DNA of 64,000 nt from an uncultured Acidobacteriaceae bacterium. GTDB taxonomy: Bacteria > Acidobacteriota > Terriglobia > Bryobacterales > Bryobacteraceae. Of this stretch, positions 45,887-55,774 are shown piece by piece (positions within the stretch are counted from its first letter, which is position 1; every line of letters starts with the position of its first letter). The notes under the pieces were generated by a model that worked only from the letters and a program-made list of their open reading frames with translations, searched no databases and had not been told where the DNA came from. The stretch is taken from positions 19,659 through 83,658 of the forward strand of contig CAWFBU010000008.1 in the NCBI GenBank assembly GCA_963814195.1, read 5' to 3'. Position numbers and translations under genes: made by a program.

Positions 45887-47434
45887 ATGAAACGGGATTT
45901 CAGCTTCGGACGCTGTGCAGCCTTCTGCTTTGGCCTCAGCATGCTCATGGCAGGATCCGCGCTGCCGGTCTCAGCACAGAATGAGCAATACCGGCCGCAG
46001 TATCATTTTTCGCCGAAAGAACATTGGACGAACGATCCGAATGGCCTGGTTTTCTTCGAGGGTGAGTACCACTTATTTTTTCAGTACAACCCGTTCGGCG
46101 ATAAGTGGGGCCATATGAGCTGGGGCCATGCTGTTACGCAGGACCTGGTGCATTGGACTCAACTACCGGTGGCGTTACCAGAAGAGAATGGCGTGATGAT
46201 CTTCACGGGGAGCACCGTAGTGGACCTGCACAACACGACCGGTTTCTGCCAGAACTCGAAGCCTTGCTTAGTGGCGATTTATACGGGTTATACGCCTGAG
46301 CATGACGGCAAGAAGTCGCTTCAGAACCAGAACATCGCGTATAGTAACGACCGCGGGAGAACCTGGACTAAGTTCAGCGGCAATCCGGTGCTCGACTTGC
46401 ACATGACGGATTTTCGTGATCCGAAGGTGCTTTGGTCTGAAGCGAGCAAGCAGTGGATTATGGCGGTAGCGCTGCCGGACGACCACAAAGTACGGATTTA
46501 TGGCTCAGCGGATCTGAAGAATTGGAAGGAATTGAGCGACTTCGGTCCGGCAGGTGCGACCAGCGGCCAGTGGGAGTGTCCGGAGCTGTTCGAATTGCCC
46601 ATTCAGGATGGTGTCGGGAAGCGATGGGTATTGAAAGTCGGCTTAAACCCGGGTGCCTTACAAGGCGGATCGGGTGAGCAGTACTTTATCGGACAATTCG
46701 ACGGTAAGAAGTTCCTGAATGAAAACCCAGCGTCGCAAACCATGTGGACGGACTACGGAAAAGATTGTTACTGCGGGTTGACCTTCAACAATCTTCCACA
46801 GAGCAAGCCGATGGTGATGATCGGCTGGATGAGTAACTGGCAGTATGCTGCAGACCTGCCGACAGCGCCGTTTCGTGGCCAGATGACTGTACCGCGGAAG
46901 CTGGCGCTGCGGAAGACGGCGGATGGGCTGCGTTTATTGCAGGCGCCAGTCGATGCCGTGGATGCTTTGCGTACGGGCGAGCGAATTACGACCGGTCAGG
47001 ATTTGGCAGCGGTGAACGAGACCTTGGCAAAGACGCCGCTCTCGGCCCAACATTCTTTTGATGTGGAGGCTCAGATTGAGCTTGGTGCTGCTACGGCCGC
47101 CGGTTTGCGCCTAGTCTCCTCCAACGGCGCAGCAGTGGTGATCGGCTATGATGCGCACCAGCAGAGCTTCTCCGTAGATCGCACGAACTCGGGGGTTGTC
47201 AACTTTAACAAGGACTTCCCTGCTCGTGTCGCAGCGCCACTGAAGGTTTCGGGCTCTACTCTGCAGCTGAGAATGCTGGGTGACCGGGATTCTCTGGAAG
47301 TTTTTGCGGATGGAGGGCGAGTAACGATGACCGATCTAGTGTTCGCTCCCCCGGGCAAGCAACACCTCGAGGTATTCGCAACCGGCGGTGCTCTGAAGCA
47401 CATCAGCGTCAAGAGCTGGGACCTGAAGAAGTAA
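45887..47434 (+). CDS. secreted glycoside hydrolase family 32 (beta-fructofuranosidase/levanase-like)
   Basis: It has a signal peptide. The GH32 catalytic blocks are 'HWTNDPNGLVFFEGEYHLFFQYNP', 'FRDPKV' and 'WECPELF'. Confidence 0.9.
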   Translation: MKRDFSFGRCAAFCFGLSMLMAGSALPVSAQNEQYRPQYHFSPKEHWTNDPNGLVFFEGEYHLFFQYNPFGDKWGHMSWGHAVTQDLVHWTQLPVALPEENGVMIFTGSTVVDLHNTTGFCQNSKPCLVAIYTGYTPEHDGKKSLQNQNIAYSNDRGRTWTKFSGNPVLDLHMTDFRDPKVLWSEASKQWIMAVALPDDHKVRIYGSADLKNWKELSDFGPAGATSGQWECPELFELPIQDGVGKRWVLKVGLNPGALQGGSGEQYFIGQFDGKKFLNENPASQTMWTDYGKDCYCGLTFNNLPQSKPMVMIGWMSNWQYAADLPTAPFRGQMTVPRKLALRKTADGLRLLQAPVDAVDALRTGERITTGQDLAAVNETLAKTPLSAQHSFDVEAQIELGAATAAGLRLVSSNGAAVVIGYDAHQQSFSVDRTNSGVVNFNKDFPARVAAPLKVSGSTLQLRMLGDRDSLEVFADGGRVTMTDLVFAPPGKQHLEVFATGGALKHISVKSWDLKK

Positions 47435-47504
47435 GTGAAAAGGTCAACATAGTTCGCGTTCCAGGTTAGGGGTCCGGTTGATAAGAAAGTGCTAATCTCG
47501 TCGG

Positions 47505-49061
47505 GTGTCAGGGCAAATTGATCCGTGGCCTGAGTATTGCCGCCGATTAAACAAGCATTACCGGCAGGGCGACTTACGAGTGCTTGCCGGGGCTGGACTT
47601 TCTGTCGATGCCGGATTTCCGAGTTGGGGCGAGCTTAACCAAGCTCTGCTGCGACGGTACATCGAGGATGACCTGGGGCGCGATCCGAAATCGCAGCCAA
47701 TCATTCAACAACATCTGGATGAGCTAGTAGATGAGCTGTACCAGACGATCGGCCGGGAGGCCGCTGCCGACTTCGTTTGGAATTCCAGCACGCGCGAGAA
47801 CTTCTTCGAAGACCTGCGCCAACTTCTTTACGGCGATCGTAGCCTGAAAGATCTTTTTCTCACTCAAGTCCATTGGCAGTTGGCAGCTATGGACAAGGCT
47901 ACGCTGTTTACGACGAACTTCGACCCGCTGCTGGAACTGGCCCGCTACCGGGTACGGGGCGGCACCTCCGATGACCCGGACCTTCATATGTTCCGTTCGG
48001 CAAATCCACCAGCGGATCGATCGGAACCGGATACGAATCGCGTTTACCACGTGCATGGCTGGATCGATCCGGATGGGATCTGCGGCGGTTCTTTTGTCCT
48101 GACCGAATCACAGTATTTCGAGTTGTTCAGCCGGCAGGGCCAACGACCGAACCAGATGCTGGAGTATGCGCTGACATCGGGCGGCGCAGTTTTGATTCTG
48201 GGCATGAGCCTGGCGGACGTTAATCTGAGGCGGCACCTCTACCTACGTTCGCTTAGCCGCATCTCGGACTCGACAGAAATCTATGCTGTGCTGCGCGTGC
48301 ATGACCGCCGACTGCTGGACACATACCAGACCTTACATTGGGCTAATCGCGGCGTGCGCCTGATCTATGTAGAGGATTATGATGGCATTCCGAAGATGCT
48401 GCGGGAGATTAAATTCGGTCTGCCGACAAAGCCCGGCGCACCGCTCCCATGGATGACGGAAACGTATAAGTGGACGCAAAGCCACTTGCCGCAAAGCCTC
48501 ATCTTTACTGATGCATGGCAAGATCGGGCCTGCAAGATTCTTCGCCGGGTGGCCGCAGGTTTCCGTGAAAGCTTCGCGGTTCCCCAACAAGAGACGATCA
48601 ACCTGACCTTGATGGGCCAGATTGCAGAAGATCGCATTGCCTCGTTTGCGGAGAGCCGGAAACAATATACGGGCGCGGCAGCAGAAGAGTATGCGGCGAG
48701 ATTCCAACTGTTAGTAGGTCAAAGCGCGCAAGGGATTACAGGCAATGCCTTCTCAAAAGGACGCGCCATTGAGGTGCTGGACGACCCGGACCTAGCTGAT
48801 GAAAATTTCACACCGGAGATGAAGCAGCAATATATTCAAAGACGCCGAACTTGGCGCTCATTGCTGGCTGTTCCCTATCTGGAGACCAGCGATCGTCTGC
48901 CTGTGTTGGTGATCTCGGTCACATCTAACCTGAACGAACCATTCTGGATACGGTTCGGGGCCAAGAAGCAGGCCTATCGAGACGAATTAAATCAGGCATT
49001 AGAACTGACGGTACGAGAAATTCTAAGTATTTCTATACATCGAGCTGTTGGTTCGCCCTAG
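47505..49061 (+). CDS. SIR2_2-type (ThsA/DSR-like) domain fused to a GAF-like C-terminal domain
   Basis: GTG start. The SIR2_2 landmarks are 'LRVLAGAGLSVDAGFPSWGELNQAL', 'TLFTTNFDPLLE', 'RVYHVHGW' and 'AVLILGMSLADVNL'. The C-terminal segment is 'GITGNAFSKGRAIEVLDDPDLADENF...WRSLLAVPYLETSDRLPVLVISVTSNLNEPF'. Confidence 0.7.
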   Translation: MSGQIDPWPEYCRRLNKHYRQGDLRVLAGAGLSVDAGFPSWGELNQALLRRYIEDDLGRDPKSQPIIQQHLDELVDELYQTIGREAAADFVWNSSTRENFFEDLRQLLYGDRSLKDLFLTQVHWQLAAMDKATLFTTNFDPLLELARYRVRGGTSDDPDLHMFRSANPPADRSEPDTNRVYHVHGWIDPDGICGGSFVLTESQYFELFSRQGQRPNQMLEYALTSGGAVLILGMSLADVNLRRHLYLRSLSRISDSTEIYAVLRVHDRRLLDTYQTLHWANRGVRLIYVEDYDGIPKMLREIKFGLPTKPGAPLPWMTETYKWTQSHLPQSLIFTDAWQDRACKILRRVAAGFRESFAVPQQETINLTLMGQIAEDRIASFAESRKQYTGAAAEEYAARFQLLVGQSAQGITGNAFSKGRAIEVLDDPDLADENFTPEMKQQYIQRRRTWRSLLAVPYLETSDRLPVLVISVTSNLNEPFWIRFGAKKQAYRDELNQALELTVREILSISIHRAVGSP

Positions 49062-49079
49062 AATAGTTCAAGAGAATTC

Positions 49080-49271
49080 ATGGGCAAGTTGACCTGGGAA
49101 GAAGCTGAAGCACTTGTAGAACGGGCACACAATCCGTTTCCGGACTTACATCCTTCCATGCGGATCATACCTGGGACAACACACGTGAGTAACCCGAATT
49201 CGGAATTTGCGCGGGAATTCCTACGGAAAATTAGGCAAAGAGTGCCGGATTCCGAGCCTCAGGAGCGTTAG
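49080..49271 (+). CDS. 63-aa hypothetical protein downstream of the SIR2-like gene
   Basis: ATG-initiated ORF 18 nt after the SIR2-like stop. No recognisable domain. Coding status is unproven. Confidence 0.35.
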   Translation: MGKLTWEEAEALVERAHNPFPDLHPSMRIIPGTTHVSNPNSEFAREFLRKIRQRVPDSEPQER

Positions 49272-49306
49272 ACTTCTAAGTTGCCAGGTGCCGGGTAAGA
49301 GCAGGC

Positions 49307-50371
49307 ATGGCAAACCCAATAGTTTTCGACCTACTTTCTCCTTTTCTTCTCCTTCTTCTGTTAGTAACTCCTTCTTACGACGCTGTGCCGAACTTGACTG
49401 AGCGGATTGTTCGCTTACTTACAGCAGCTAGGGAACGAGGGCACATCACTCCTGTCCTTTCGCCGATGGATGGCATGCTACAGGGACCCAATGCTCTCGA
49501 CACGGCGGCCGTACAGCGGGCAGGCTTCCCGGTTGTGGTCTGGACGGTGAACGATCCACAGCGCATGCGGGCATTGCTGAAGATCGGTGTGGACGGAATC
49601 ATCTCAGACCGGCCGGATTTACTGCGAAAAGAAGCAGGCAGCGCCAGTAAGAGGATCGATGTCGAAGGGCACCGCGGAGGCCGCGACTTGCGACCGGAAA
49701 ACACGTTGCCGGCATTTGAATCGGGCCTGGACAATCTCATTACGACCATCGAAACGGATACGGGCGTGACGAGGGATCATTTTTCCCTGATCAGCCATGA
49801 ACAGTTTCTGAATCCACAGACCTGCCGGGCGGCGGACGGGAGCCCGTATGCAGAGGCCAACAAGATCTGGATTCGAGACATCGAGATGGCGGAGGCGGCG
49901 AAACGATTTATCTGCGATAAGACCTTCCGGGGACCGCAGCAAAAGAATGATCTGGCGTTGTCGCCTGTCGCGGTGGCGTACGCCCGGGAGCACGGCATGA
50001 TAAGTCCCTATGCGCCAACGAGTGCCGGGCAGCTTTTCGATTTTGTGGCGTTCTATGTGACGTATTACCGGCACGGATCAGGACGATCGAACCCCGCCGC
50101 CGAGGTTCGGGCAGCAAATGCGGAGAAGGTTCGATTCAATCTGGAGACCAAAATCACTCCGCAAGCCGAGCGCGAAGGTCATACGTTCAGTGCTGAGGTG
50201 TTTACCGAGACACTGGCCAGTACGATTCGAGCGCATCATATGGAAGCACGCGCCGATATCCAAAGCTTCAACTTCCGAACTCTGGAATTAGTGGAGAGAC
50301 GTTTTCCTCAGATTCGAACCGTATACCTGATGGAGAATGCGCAGGCTTTGCAGCAAGTGCCTGAGCCCTAG
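49307..50371 (+). CDS. glycerophosphodiester-phosphodiesterase-family ORF with permuted segment order
   Basis: 'GFPVVVWTVNDPQRMRALLKIGVDGIISDRPDLL' is normally the C-terminal end of the GDPD barrel. Here it precedes 'IDVEGHRGGRDLRPENTLPAFESGLD..IETD', the N-terminal catalytic block, and 'FNLETK...IQSFNFRTLE'. Confidence 0.6.
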   Translation: MANPIVFDLLSPFLLLLLLVTPSYDAVPNLTERIVRLLTAARERGHITPVLSPMDGMLQGPNALDTAAVQRAGFPVVVWTVNDPQRMRALLKIGVDGIISDRPDLLRKEAGSASKRIDVEGHRGGRDLRPENTLPAFESGLDNLITTIETDTGVTRDHFSLISHEQFLNPQTCRAADGSPYAEANKIWIRDIEMAEAAKRFICDKTFRGPQQKNDLALSPVAVAYAREHGMISPYAPTSAGQLFDFVAFYVTYYRHGSGRSNPAAEVRAANAEKVRFNLETKITPQAEREGHTFSAEVFTETLASTIRAHHMEARADIQSFNFRTLELVERRFPQIRTVYLMENAQALQQVPEP

Positions 50372-51315
50372 GGAAGCTTTGAGACAGGCTCAGGCGAGAC
50401 TACGGCTAGGGGTCGCGTGCGCCGTGATTCGGACCATCGGACTACCGCGATTCCCACAAAGATGATGAGCATGGCCGTCAGCTCTCTGCTTCCGAACGGT
50501 TCTTTATATAGCAATCCGCCAAGAAACATGGCTACTACCGGATTGATAAAGGTGTAGAGCGAAGCAACGGCTACGGGTAGCTTTGCCATGGAGTAGATGA
50601 AAGCCGTAAATCCGACGAGAGATCCAAACACCACCAAGTAGGAGATGGCGAGCAGCGAGGGCGTGCTGATGGCGTGGGGAACTTTCTCGAAAATCCCGGC
50701 CGGAACGAATACGGCCAGCCCAGCAGCGAGTTGCTGTACGGCTCCGCTGACGAATGGCTGAGCCTTCGTGTTGACTCGCTTTTGCAGTAAGGATCCGATG
50801 ACCCAACCGGCTGTACTGATCTGGATCAAAAGAAACCCGAGTAGTTGCTTACCTTGGAAGCCCTCCCGAACAGCGGCGGGGTAGACCAGGAAAGCGACGC
50901 CGGCCAAGCCAATCGCCAGGCCTCCCAGCGTTACGGGCAAGGGACGTTTGCCCCCAGGCAGCAGTGCATCGATCCCGATCATCCAGAACGGCGCCACGGT
51001 ATAGAACAAAGCGGCCAACCCACTGGGGATGTATAACTCGGCGATGGCGAGGAAGCCATTCCCGACACCAATGCAGATGGCTCCGCAAACAGCCGTTTGC
51101 CACAACTCGCGTCCACGTGGGATGACAGCACCACCCACCGCGGCGGCAGCGAGTAAGACGCCACCGGAGATGACGTAGCGGATAGCGATGAGATACAGCG
51201 GAGGGAAGCTCTCCAGGGCAACGCGGATGCCGAGGTAAGTGGTGCCCCAGAATAAGCAAACAGCCGCCAGTGCCAGATAGGCGAGGCGGCTGGATGGAGC
51301 GGAATCGTTACGCAA
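50368..51315 (-). CDS. EamA/DMT-family transporter
   Basis: About 10 TM helices in two EamA-like halves, for example 'LAAVCLFWGTTYLGIRVALE'. Confidence 0.75.
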   Translation of the reverse strand: MRNDSAPSSRLAYLALAAVCLFWGTTYLGIRVALESFPPLYLIAIRYVISGGVLLAAAAVGGAVIPRGRELWQTAVCGAICIGVGNGFLAIAELYIPSGLAALFYTVAPFWMIGIDALLPGGKRPLPVTLGGLAIGLAGVAFLVYPAAVREGFQGKQLLGFLLIQISTAGWVIGSLLQKRVNTKAQPFVSGAVQQLAAGLAVFVPAGIFEKVPHAISTPSLLAISYLVVFGSLVGFTAFIYSMAKLPVAVASLYTFINPVVAMFLGGLLYKEPFGSRELTAMLIIFVGIAVVRWSESRRTRPLAVVSPEPVSKLP

Positions 51316-51329
51316 GAAGGACGCCAGGC

Positions 51330-52229
51330 CTAACGGGCGGCGCGGCGTGTGGAGGTGGCGGCGGAGGGGAATAAACGAGGATCGCGCAAGGCCTGCGTTG
51401 CTTTGCGAGCCTGTTCACTCGTCGGATTGATCTGAATCAAGGCGCGCAGTTCCTGAATTGCCTTGGTTCGCTGGCCATCCTTCGCGAGCGCCATGCCCTT
51501 CATATAACGAGCGTCGGCAGTTTTGGGATTACTAGGATAACGCTCAAGGACGGCATCAAAAGCCTGGACCGCACCTTTGTAATCGTTTCGGTTATAGCTA
51601 ATTTCACCCAGATAATACTGTGCATTTGCCGCGAGCTCGGTGTTAGGGAAATACGTGAGGTATTGCTGGTATTCCTGAGCAGCCAAGTCTAGATTACCGG
51701 TTTGCTGGTCACGGCGCGCATCGGAGTAAGACTTCTCGGCCGTCATGCCGGAAGGTGGCGTCATAGTTGCACCCGGTGCAGCGTTAGGAGTGGCACCCGG
51801 CACTGTTCCGGAAGCGCCGGGAGCGGGAGGCGGACTCTGCATGATCTGCATCTGGTTCTTCAGGTCCGTGATTTTGGCATCCATGCGTTCCAGGCGGGCG
51901 CTCAGATCAGCAATGGAGTCTTTCAATGCCCGGGTATCTTCCCCCATGGAATCGATTCGGGTATTCAGATTATTGACAGGAGTGAGCGACTTGGCGAGAG
52001 CACTGCCTAACGACTCCTGCAGGCTAGCCACCTGCTCCGCGGTGCGTCGAGAGTCACTCTGAATGGCTTGCAGAGTTCCTGTCATGGTATCGATTTTAGT
52101 GCTGAGCGTCTGTTGCATAGCATCGATCTTGGCTTCCAGCTGACGCTGCAGTTCCAGGATGTCCTTGTTAACAGCGAAGGAAAAGCTGGAAAAGGTGAGG
52201 GAGAGAGCGAGTAGACGCAGAACTTTCAT
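51330..52229 (-). CDS. cpoB: Tol-Pal system protein CpoB/YbgF (coiled coil plus TPR)
   Basis: It has the signal peptide MKVLRLLALSLTFSSFSFA and an N-terminal coiled coil. The C-terminal TPR is 'YQQYLTYFPNTELAANAQYYLGEISYNRNDYKGAVQAFDAVLERYPSNPKTADARYMKG'. It is the last gene of the tol cluster. Confidence 0.8.
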   Translation of the reverse strand: MKVLRLLALSLTFSSFSFAVNKDILELQRQLEAKIDAMQQTLSTKIDTMTGTLQAIQSDSRRTAEQVASLQESLGSALAKSLTPVNNLNTRIDSMGEDTRALKDSIADLSARLERMDAKITDLKNQMQIMQSPPPAPGASGTVPGATPNAAPGATMTPPSGMTAEKSYSDARRDQQTGNLDLAAQEYQQYLTYFPNTELAANAQYYLGEISYNRNDYKGAVQAFDAVLERYPSNPKTADARYMKGMALAKDGQRTKAIQELRALIQINPTSEQARKATQALRDPRLFPSAATSTRRAAR

Positions 52230-52327
52230 GGATGGCACTCCGTTACATCGATTGGAAGCGGCCATTTCGGCCACCTCCAACCAGTAGACATTCTTAGTGT
52301 AAGAGACAGGGCGGGGTAATTAACGAA

Positions 52328-53093
52328 CTATTGTCCGGCAGAGAAATGGGCTCGCCGGTTTCGGGCGTAACAGTCTTCGCGAAGCGTCGGTGCAGACCGG
52401 CCGCTCTTTGCCGTAGCTGACGGTCTTCATCTTGTCGGTGGCGAGGCCCATGGTGACCAAGGCATCACGGACTGCAGCGGCACGGCGGTCGCCCAGGCCG
52501 ATGTTGTATTCGGCCGAACCGCGCTCATCGGCATGACCTTCGATGGTCACGACGAAGCTGGCGTCCATGGAGAAGATGGTCTTCAGCGCGGTCGCATCGG
52601 CCTGCAGAATGGATTGATCTTCAGGGCGGATGTCGCTCTTGTCGTAATCGAAGTGAATATCCTGGACCTGCTTGGCGAGAATTTCAGCAGCGGTCATGCT
52701 GGGGGCTGCAGGCGCGGGTGCCGGAGCGGGCGGAGTGCTGACGGTAACGGTAGCATCGCCTTCGGCGGTGCCGCCGGCACCAGTGGCGGTTAAGTGATAG
52801 GTGGTGGTGGCGGTAGGATACACAGCTCGGCGGCCATTGGGACTTACAGATCCGATACTTTCGATCTGCACACTGGTTGCATCATTCACCGACCAACGCA
52901 GAGAGGATGGCTGGCCACTGCTGACAGTGGAGGGCTCAGCCGTGAAGTAGTTGATCACCGGTTTGCTGGCGGGGGGTGGCGCGGGCGCCGGAGCAGGCGG
53001 GGGCGGCGGTGGCGGCGCCTTGTGCTTACAGCCCGCGGCCAAAACCAGCATGAGCGCTGACACGGAGGTCAGTAATGCTCTGCGATATGTCAT
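52328..53093 (-). pseudogene. pal: peptidoglycan-associated lipoprotein Pal (OmpA-like) with an extra N-terminal domain; 1-nt frameshift near the 3' end
   Basis: The lipobox is 'LVLAAGC' and the OmpA-like block is 'IEGHADERGSAEYNIGLGDRRAAAVRDAL'. At about 52375-52385 the frame slips. The corrected tail reads 'CTDASEDCYARNRRAHFSAGQ*', whereas the ORF as given reads '..ASRRLLRPKPASPFLCRTIVR*'. Confidence 0.75.
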
Positions 53094-53139
53094 GAACTAA
53101 TTTGTTCCTCCCTGGAAACTTAATGCTACTAGAACGTTA

Positions 53140-54517
53140 CTATTGTTCGGCATTTACCCAAACGGGTTTTTCATTATTTCCTGTTTGAGTTAATTGACGT
53201 TTACCAGTGCCATCCGCATTCATGGTCCAAATTTGCGACTGCCGGCCGCGCTTTGAAGCATAAACAATGTGAGCGCCGTCTGGGGCCCAGCCGGGATTTT
53301 CGTTGCGTCCTTCGTTAGCAGTAAGTTGCGCAGTCTGCTGCGATGAAACGTCCATGACAAAAATGTTGTAGTTGCCGGGTTCGAATCCTTTAGTCCAGGC
53401 GAAGGCAATGTGGGCGCCATCGGGGCTCCAGGCAGGATTGGTTGCTTCTCCGGTCCCGGCGCTCAAGCGACGCACGTCGGCGCCTTCCAGGCTCATCTGA
53501 TAGATCTGCGGCAGGCCGGATGCGTCCGGAAACATCGACCATGTCGGCGCCCGTTTTGGGATTGATTTTGGCTTCCACCTCGATCGCACCGGAGGCGGTA
53601 ATGCGACGGAAGCCGCTGCCATCGACGTTGCTCATGTAGAGCTGAGCGGGTCCACCGCCGGCCGTGGACGAGAAGATCACTCGTTTGGAATCAGGCGTAA
53701 AGGTGACGAACGAGTTCATCGACGCGCGCTGGTTGTAGAACGGAAGCTTTCGGCCGGTATCAAGCGAGAACATTTGAATGGCCGGAGAACCGCTGGCGTA
53801 GGTGGTAAAGGCGACCATGCGTCCATCCGGCGAAGCCGAAGGGAAGGTGGTAATGGAGCCGTAGCGAGTCAACTGTTGCTGCTCACGTGCCATCCCAATT
53901 CATCACCCAGATTTCTTTCGAGCCGGAACGATCGGACACAAAAACGATGCGGGTGCCGACGAGACTTTTGCCGCCGAACTGGGCCAGAATATCAGCCGCG
54001 TATCGGTGACCGGCATCGATCGCGCCCGCTTCGTCGAGCGTTGCAGTATAAACCTTGCCGAAAACCTGCGCCTGCTGCAGGGAAGGAAGCGTCGGAGAGG
54101 CGCTATAGAGCCAGCCGAACACCACGAACATGCCGCGATCTTCGGCGCCATAGCCAATGCCCAGGTAGTTCGTAGTGATGGGCGGCAGACTCCAATCGGT
54201 GAGGCGGTTGCCTTGCGGAGGAGCAGGACGATCGCTGGGCGGCGCAACGCCGGCGACAAGATCGGAGGGCTGTTGCGGAATCTGCAGCGGATAGACGGTC
54301 TTGGGAACAAAATTCACGACGGGCGAGTCTGCAGGTCGTTGGCCACGGTCGTATTGAAGGCGGCCATGAGACGGCGGCGGCACCGTTGGCACGGAAGTCA
54401 GGAACAGCAACGTGGGGCTTGCCCGGATTCTTCTCGATGTGCCCACTAATCTGTTGAGCACGAGTTGAAAGGCGGAGCCGCATAAGCAGCAGGAGAGCGG
54501 AAAGTAGAGAGTCGCAT
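53140..54517 (-). pseudogene. tolB: TolB beta-propeller protein, at least 4 frameshifts
   Basis: The fragments lie in three frames: 'MRLST/LLSALLLL..', 'ISGHIEKNPGKPHVAVPDF', 'RIVFVSDRSGSKEIWVMNWDG', 'QQQLTRYGSITTFPSASPDGRMVAFTTY', 'PDASGLPQIYQMSLEGADVRRLS' and 'NPAWSPDGAHIAFAW...NPGWAPDGAHIVYASKRGRQSQIWTMNADGTG'. The ATG at 54517 overlaps the upstream stop (TGATG). Confidence 0.8.
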
Positions 54518-55303
54518 CAGCGTAAGTTGAAAGTGAATTGAGCGGAGATGTAGGATTCGGTGATTTGCGGCGGCAGCGGTGGCATGGGGCTGGCCTGAAA
54601 GACGGCCCGCAGAGCAGTGTTGTCGATGGTCGGATTGCCACTCGATTGCTGGATGGCAGGAGTTCGAACGCTGCCGTCGCGCATGATGTAGAAGCTCACA
54701 ATGGCTGGCGAGTTCTGACTGATCGGGCATCCAGACCGTTCGTGTTCCAAGCCTGCGCAATGTTCTGGCGGATGAGTTCGGCGTACCAGCCCAGCCGATT
54801 GTTGCCGAGCGGCGTATTGGGGCCGACGCCTACCTGTCCGGCGCCGGACTGCGCACTGTACATGGGATTGGAAAGCGCCTGGCGCGACCGGCTATAGACC
54901 TGATTGGGCGGCGCGGGTTGCTGATACTGCTGTTTGTGAGCGGCTTCTCAGCCTGCTTCTTGACTTGTCCGGAATTGAATGCGTCCTTGTCGCGGACAGG
55001 CTGCTTCTTCTCGTTTCCTGTTTGGCGGGCGCGGTGGGAACCGTCGATTGGGTATCGTTGGCCACCGGATTCGGCGGAGCCTGGCGCTGCGGAATGGGAA
55101 TGTTGTGAACCGGCGAGACCGCGTAGGCGGGACCGCCAGCCGGATTCAGATCGCCTAGCGTTCTCGCGAGTGCGATTCATCCAGACCCAGCCGAAGACAA
55201 CGAGCGGCGACAACTCCACCGTGCACCAGCAATGACCCAAGAACGGAACGGCTGAGCGGATCGCGCTGGTCCAGGATGTCGAGCGGTTCCGCCACAGGTT
55301 CAC
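54517..55303 (-). pseudogene. TolA/TonB-family protein (N-terminal TM, Pro-rich linker, TonB_C), multiply frameshifted
   Basis: The C-terminal 'VSFYIMRDGSVRTPAIQQSSGNPTIDNTALRAVFQASPMPPLPP' is TonB_C-like (ORF 54517..54750). The TM and linker pieces lie upstream in other frames. A GTG at 55303 overlaps the tolR stop. Confidence 0.6.
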
Positions 55304-55752
55304 CGGCGTTGGCGGGCGGCGGAATCGATGGGCGCGGTTACCATCTTCACTTCGAATTTGGCTTCGCCCAGTTCGGCGACGATCTGCGCGATGGGGTCCC
55401 AAGGCGTTTCCTTATCGGCCCGCACATAAACGGCGGTGGCATTCGAAAGCGCTGATGAATGCCTGTGGCGAGCAGGTTGATATTGATGGGCTTTTCGTTC
55501 AGGAACGACTCGCCGCTCTTGGTGATGCTGACGACGGGCAGATCTTGCGCAGTGTTTTGCACGCGGCGAACCTTGGGCACTTGAATATCAAGACCGAACT
55601 CCATGACATTCGCGGTGATCATGAAAATGATCAGCAGCACGAGAACGACGTCCACGAGCGGAACGATGTTGATTTCGGCCATGGCCGTGGGAGCGCCAAA
55701 GCGACTGTCCCCGCCGCCCGCTACCGCCGTTTGAACCGAAGGAAAAAGCCAT
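55300..55752 (-). pseudogene. tolR: TolR/ExbD, at least 2 frameshifts
   Basis: 'MAFSFGSNGGSG' is in one frame, 'DSRFGAPTAMAEINIVPLVDVVLVLLIIFMI' in a second, and 'NATAVYVRADKETPWDPIAQIVAELGEAKFEVKMVT' in a third. Confidence 0.75.
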
Positions 55753-55774
55753 CTACGTGCTCTCGCTGCCTTCT

